A stretch of DNA of 36,394 nucleotides. Source: Folioceros fuciformis. Its lineage: Eukaryota. Positions within the stretch are counted from its first letter, which is position 1, and every line of letters starts with the position of its first letter. The position numbers were made by a program, and so were the translations under genes. Location: positions 461,820 to 498,213 of the forward strand of contig JBNGIO010006382.1 of assembly GCA_049999805.1 (NCBI GenBank). Direction: 5' to 3'. The notes under the pieces were generated by a model. The model was given only the letters and a program-made list of their open reading frames with translations, was not told where the DNA came from and did no database searches. Below are positions 33,694 through 36,394 of the stretch, one piece after another.

Positions 33694-35863
33694 CTACCGA
33701 CGGGTCTCGTACACGTTCACAGGAAGTCTTGGAGAAGCCACTGCAATAAGCGGTTTTTTCATTGGAGCAACCAATCCAAAAGCCTGGGAGAAGTCCATGT
33801 CTTCGACGGTCTGGCCAGGAGGAAGCCTCCATTCGAAGGCATGCAGCATAGTCGCCAGGCTGAGGGGAAGAGTGGTCATGGCGAGGTGTATTCCAGGACA
33901 GCTGCAGCCCAATGTTTTTCTCAGACACGTTCTTGAAATCTGGTGGCGAACTATGCTTGAGTGGTAAAGAAGGGGCACATACCCTCGGCGTCCAGTTCCA
34001 AAGGGAAGGTAGCGGAAGTCTTGTCCGGATGGCCTGATGTCTTGTTCCAAAAACCTTTCCGGCCTGAACTCCGAGGGATTTTTCCACGTAGATTCGTCGT
34101 ACATGAGAGTCCACTGGTTGATGAAAACTTGCGTGTTGGCGGGAACTGTGTAGCCGGCAACTACTACTTCCTTGGTGTTGTAGTGAGGAACACCTAAAAG
34201 TGTTGCAGGCCGCATTCTTTGGCTCTCTTTCACAATTGCCTACACCAACAAGATTGTGAGAAACCCCGACTCCTTCCCGTCTTAAGCCAAAGACAGAATG
34301 AAGCATGAAGCAGCGCATCGCTCCACCTCTATGTAGGGCAGCTTCGGGAGGTCAGACTCTCGCACACGCCTTGCTTTGCCAACCACTCGGTCCAGTTCGT
34401 CGTGAGCTTTGGCCTGGACGTGGGGGTAGCGGATTAGGTAAGCCAGACACCATTCCGCTACAGTGGCTGTTGTGTGTGTCCCAGCACCCGTGAGATCCTG
34501 TCCAAGTATCCAAGACCAATCAGTGGTAAGCCTGATGAAAAGCAGACCATCTCCAGAACCGTAGCCACGGCCTGTGCTTGCAGGTATCCCAGGATGCTTA
34601 CCGCACACACCGCTAAACTAGCAGCCTCTGAGAACCTCTTCTCGCCTTCCAGGGACATCAGCACATCCAAGAAGCACTTCTCGTACCTCGATCCTTCCAG
34701 ACGCCTTCTTTTGTGCCCCTCAACAATTGGCTGCATTACCTGCTTCCGGCTTTCACCGAGTTTCTTGTATTCCTTCTCCAAGCCTTGCAAATCCAACCAC
34801 CTGTTGCCCAAACCATGACACACAATTGCAACCTCAAGTGACGGACATGGACATGCATATGGAATCTTGGAATTCACGACTGCACAAGACACGGCTCGCA
34901 CCGCAGCCAGGGTATGTACTCTCCAATGTTGAACCTCCCCACGACATCCACAAGGTGACTCTCAAGCTCCTTGAAGAACTGCAGCACTTCCCCGGATCCA
35001 TCAAACTGCTTGCCGAACACCATCCGAAACATGCTGTTGGTGGTGTGTCCAATCGTGAGTTCCAGCACATCCACTGTTTTCCCTGACCAACGCACAAGGC
35101 TCAGCCTCTCCCCACAGTGCCACACGGCGTCAAAGCGTCATGCCAGAAACGACAGCCCAGACATTTATTCAACATGACCAACATAAGCTGGCGATCCCAC
35201 GATGCCATGATGAGAGGGAGGCTCACCCGAGCCATCCGATTCCCACACTTTATTCACCACTGCAGCCGCTTCCTCTTCCCGAACATCACGAAAGTCCTTG
35301 ATCCGGTGCGCACTCAAGAGCTCAGTGTTGATTATCTTCCTCCTCAGCTTCAATTGTTCCGAGGTTGGGGAGAAGGTCAACCCGTTGTTATCAAAGTTCA
35401 AATACTCTCCAGCAATCATGGGTGGACGGGACCCGAACTCAGCATCGTGCACCAGGTAAATCTCCCTTGCCATCTTCAACACAGCCACCAGCATTAGCTT
35501 ACAGGGCAACGGGAACCTCTTCAAGCTGGTCCAACACGAGCTCAGCCTGGTGGATGTAATTCCCCTTACCTCTGCATTGGAGACCACCAACGTAGACCGC
35601 GATCCCAGCCTCATGTACACAAGTGGGCCGTACCGTTCAGCCAGCCTGGCCATGGACACATGAGGCTCGGGGCCTACGAGAAACAAGCTACCCACGACAG
35701 GCCAATTGAAAGGACCTGGAGGAAGCGGCGGCTTCTTCCCTTGCCGCCCAGTGACTAACAGCACCACCAACGTTAACGTTGCCACACCCAATGACAAAAC
35801 CGTGAAAGCCGTTGCAGCAGCCGAACCATCCATCAGCTCAGGCAAGGAAACAAGGAACGCCAT
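33694..35863 (-). CDS. Cytochrome P450, A-type / CYP71 clan; exons 35863-35570, 35473-35227, 35082-34902, 34800-34602, 34497-34327, 34239-33983, 33901-33694; 518 aa
   Basis: N-terminal TM anchor, PPGP hinge, I-helix AGTHTT, K-helix ESQR, FRPERF and the heme motif PFGTGRRGCPG (assembled across an intron). In frame (1557 nt). Confidence 0.92.
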
Positions 35864-36271
35864 CTCCACGTCTAAGATCGAATTCTGCTTTCTCACCAGC
35901 ACCCCGTGTCGGACGAGGTAGCACTTCGCTCCATGCGAAGAATTCAGAAGCCAAATGTGCAAACTTCAATTTCTGGCAACGCCTGCGAGAGACGAAGGCA
36001 TTCCTCGAGTGCACTGCCGCGTCAGACGAGCGACACGAGAGAATCCCGGGTTGACCGTGGACAGTTCTGTCAGGCCGAGCAGAGAGTCACATGCGTAGCA
36101 GTCGAGATCGAGATGCTGACAAGGTTATCTCCAATTAACTACCTACAGTACTATCTATACGCTATTGACTTTAGTCACTAACCACCAACCCATCTTTCAG
36201 TGATACCATGATGTACTAATGGCATGCGGTGGAGGGGTCAATGACATGATTTAGTAATGGTATGGGCTGGT

Positions 36272-36394
36272 GGGTGACCTGTACATTACTACATAGATAT
36301 GCACATACAGGGTGACCTGTACATTACTACATAGATATGCACATACAGGGTGACCTGTACATTACTACATAGATATGCACATACAGGGTGACCT
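36272..36394. repeat. 38-bp perfect tandem repeat, more than 3 copies, running off the window end
   Basis: GGGTGACCTGTACATTACTACATAGATATGCACATACA at 36272, 36310 and 36348, with a partial copy at 36386. Confidence 0.97.

Noticed and set aside
36272-36394. 38-bp repeats as a CRISPR array
   Set aside because: Head-to-tail identical units with no spacers.

Overview
This is eukaryotic nuclear DNA from a compact land-plant genome. The high gene density and short introns (mostly 80-130 bp) suggest a non-seed plant such as a hornwort; that is an inference. I rebuilt the spliced gene models by hand and all close in frame. In order, the window holds: a ZIP zinc/iron transporter (+); a decayed Ty1/copia LTR retrotransposon (-) spanning a 100-N gap; a probable F-box/kelch-type pseudogene (+); an intronless MYND zinc-finger/MSS51-like gene (-); an unexplained ~2 kb degenerate tract; a branched-chain amino acid aminotransferase BCAT (+); an intronless peroxisomal hydroxypyruvate reductase HPR1 (-); NDPK1 (-) head-to-head with TRAPPC11 (+); an organellar RAD52-like gene (+); a plastid EngB/YsxC GTPase (-) head-to-head with an organellar glutamyl-tRNA synthetase (+); a CYP71-clan P450 (-); and a terminal 38-bp tandem repeat. 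Most of this is housekeeping. The most novel-looking signal is a 4 x 54-bp array just upstream of BCAT. Each of its first three units encodes a Leu-Leu-Leu micro-ORF (MRSLLLH*) and the fourth encodes MRS*, making it a candidate leucine-responsive uORF array. This is hypothetical and depends on the array being transcribed into the BCAT leader.
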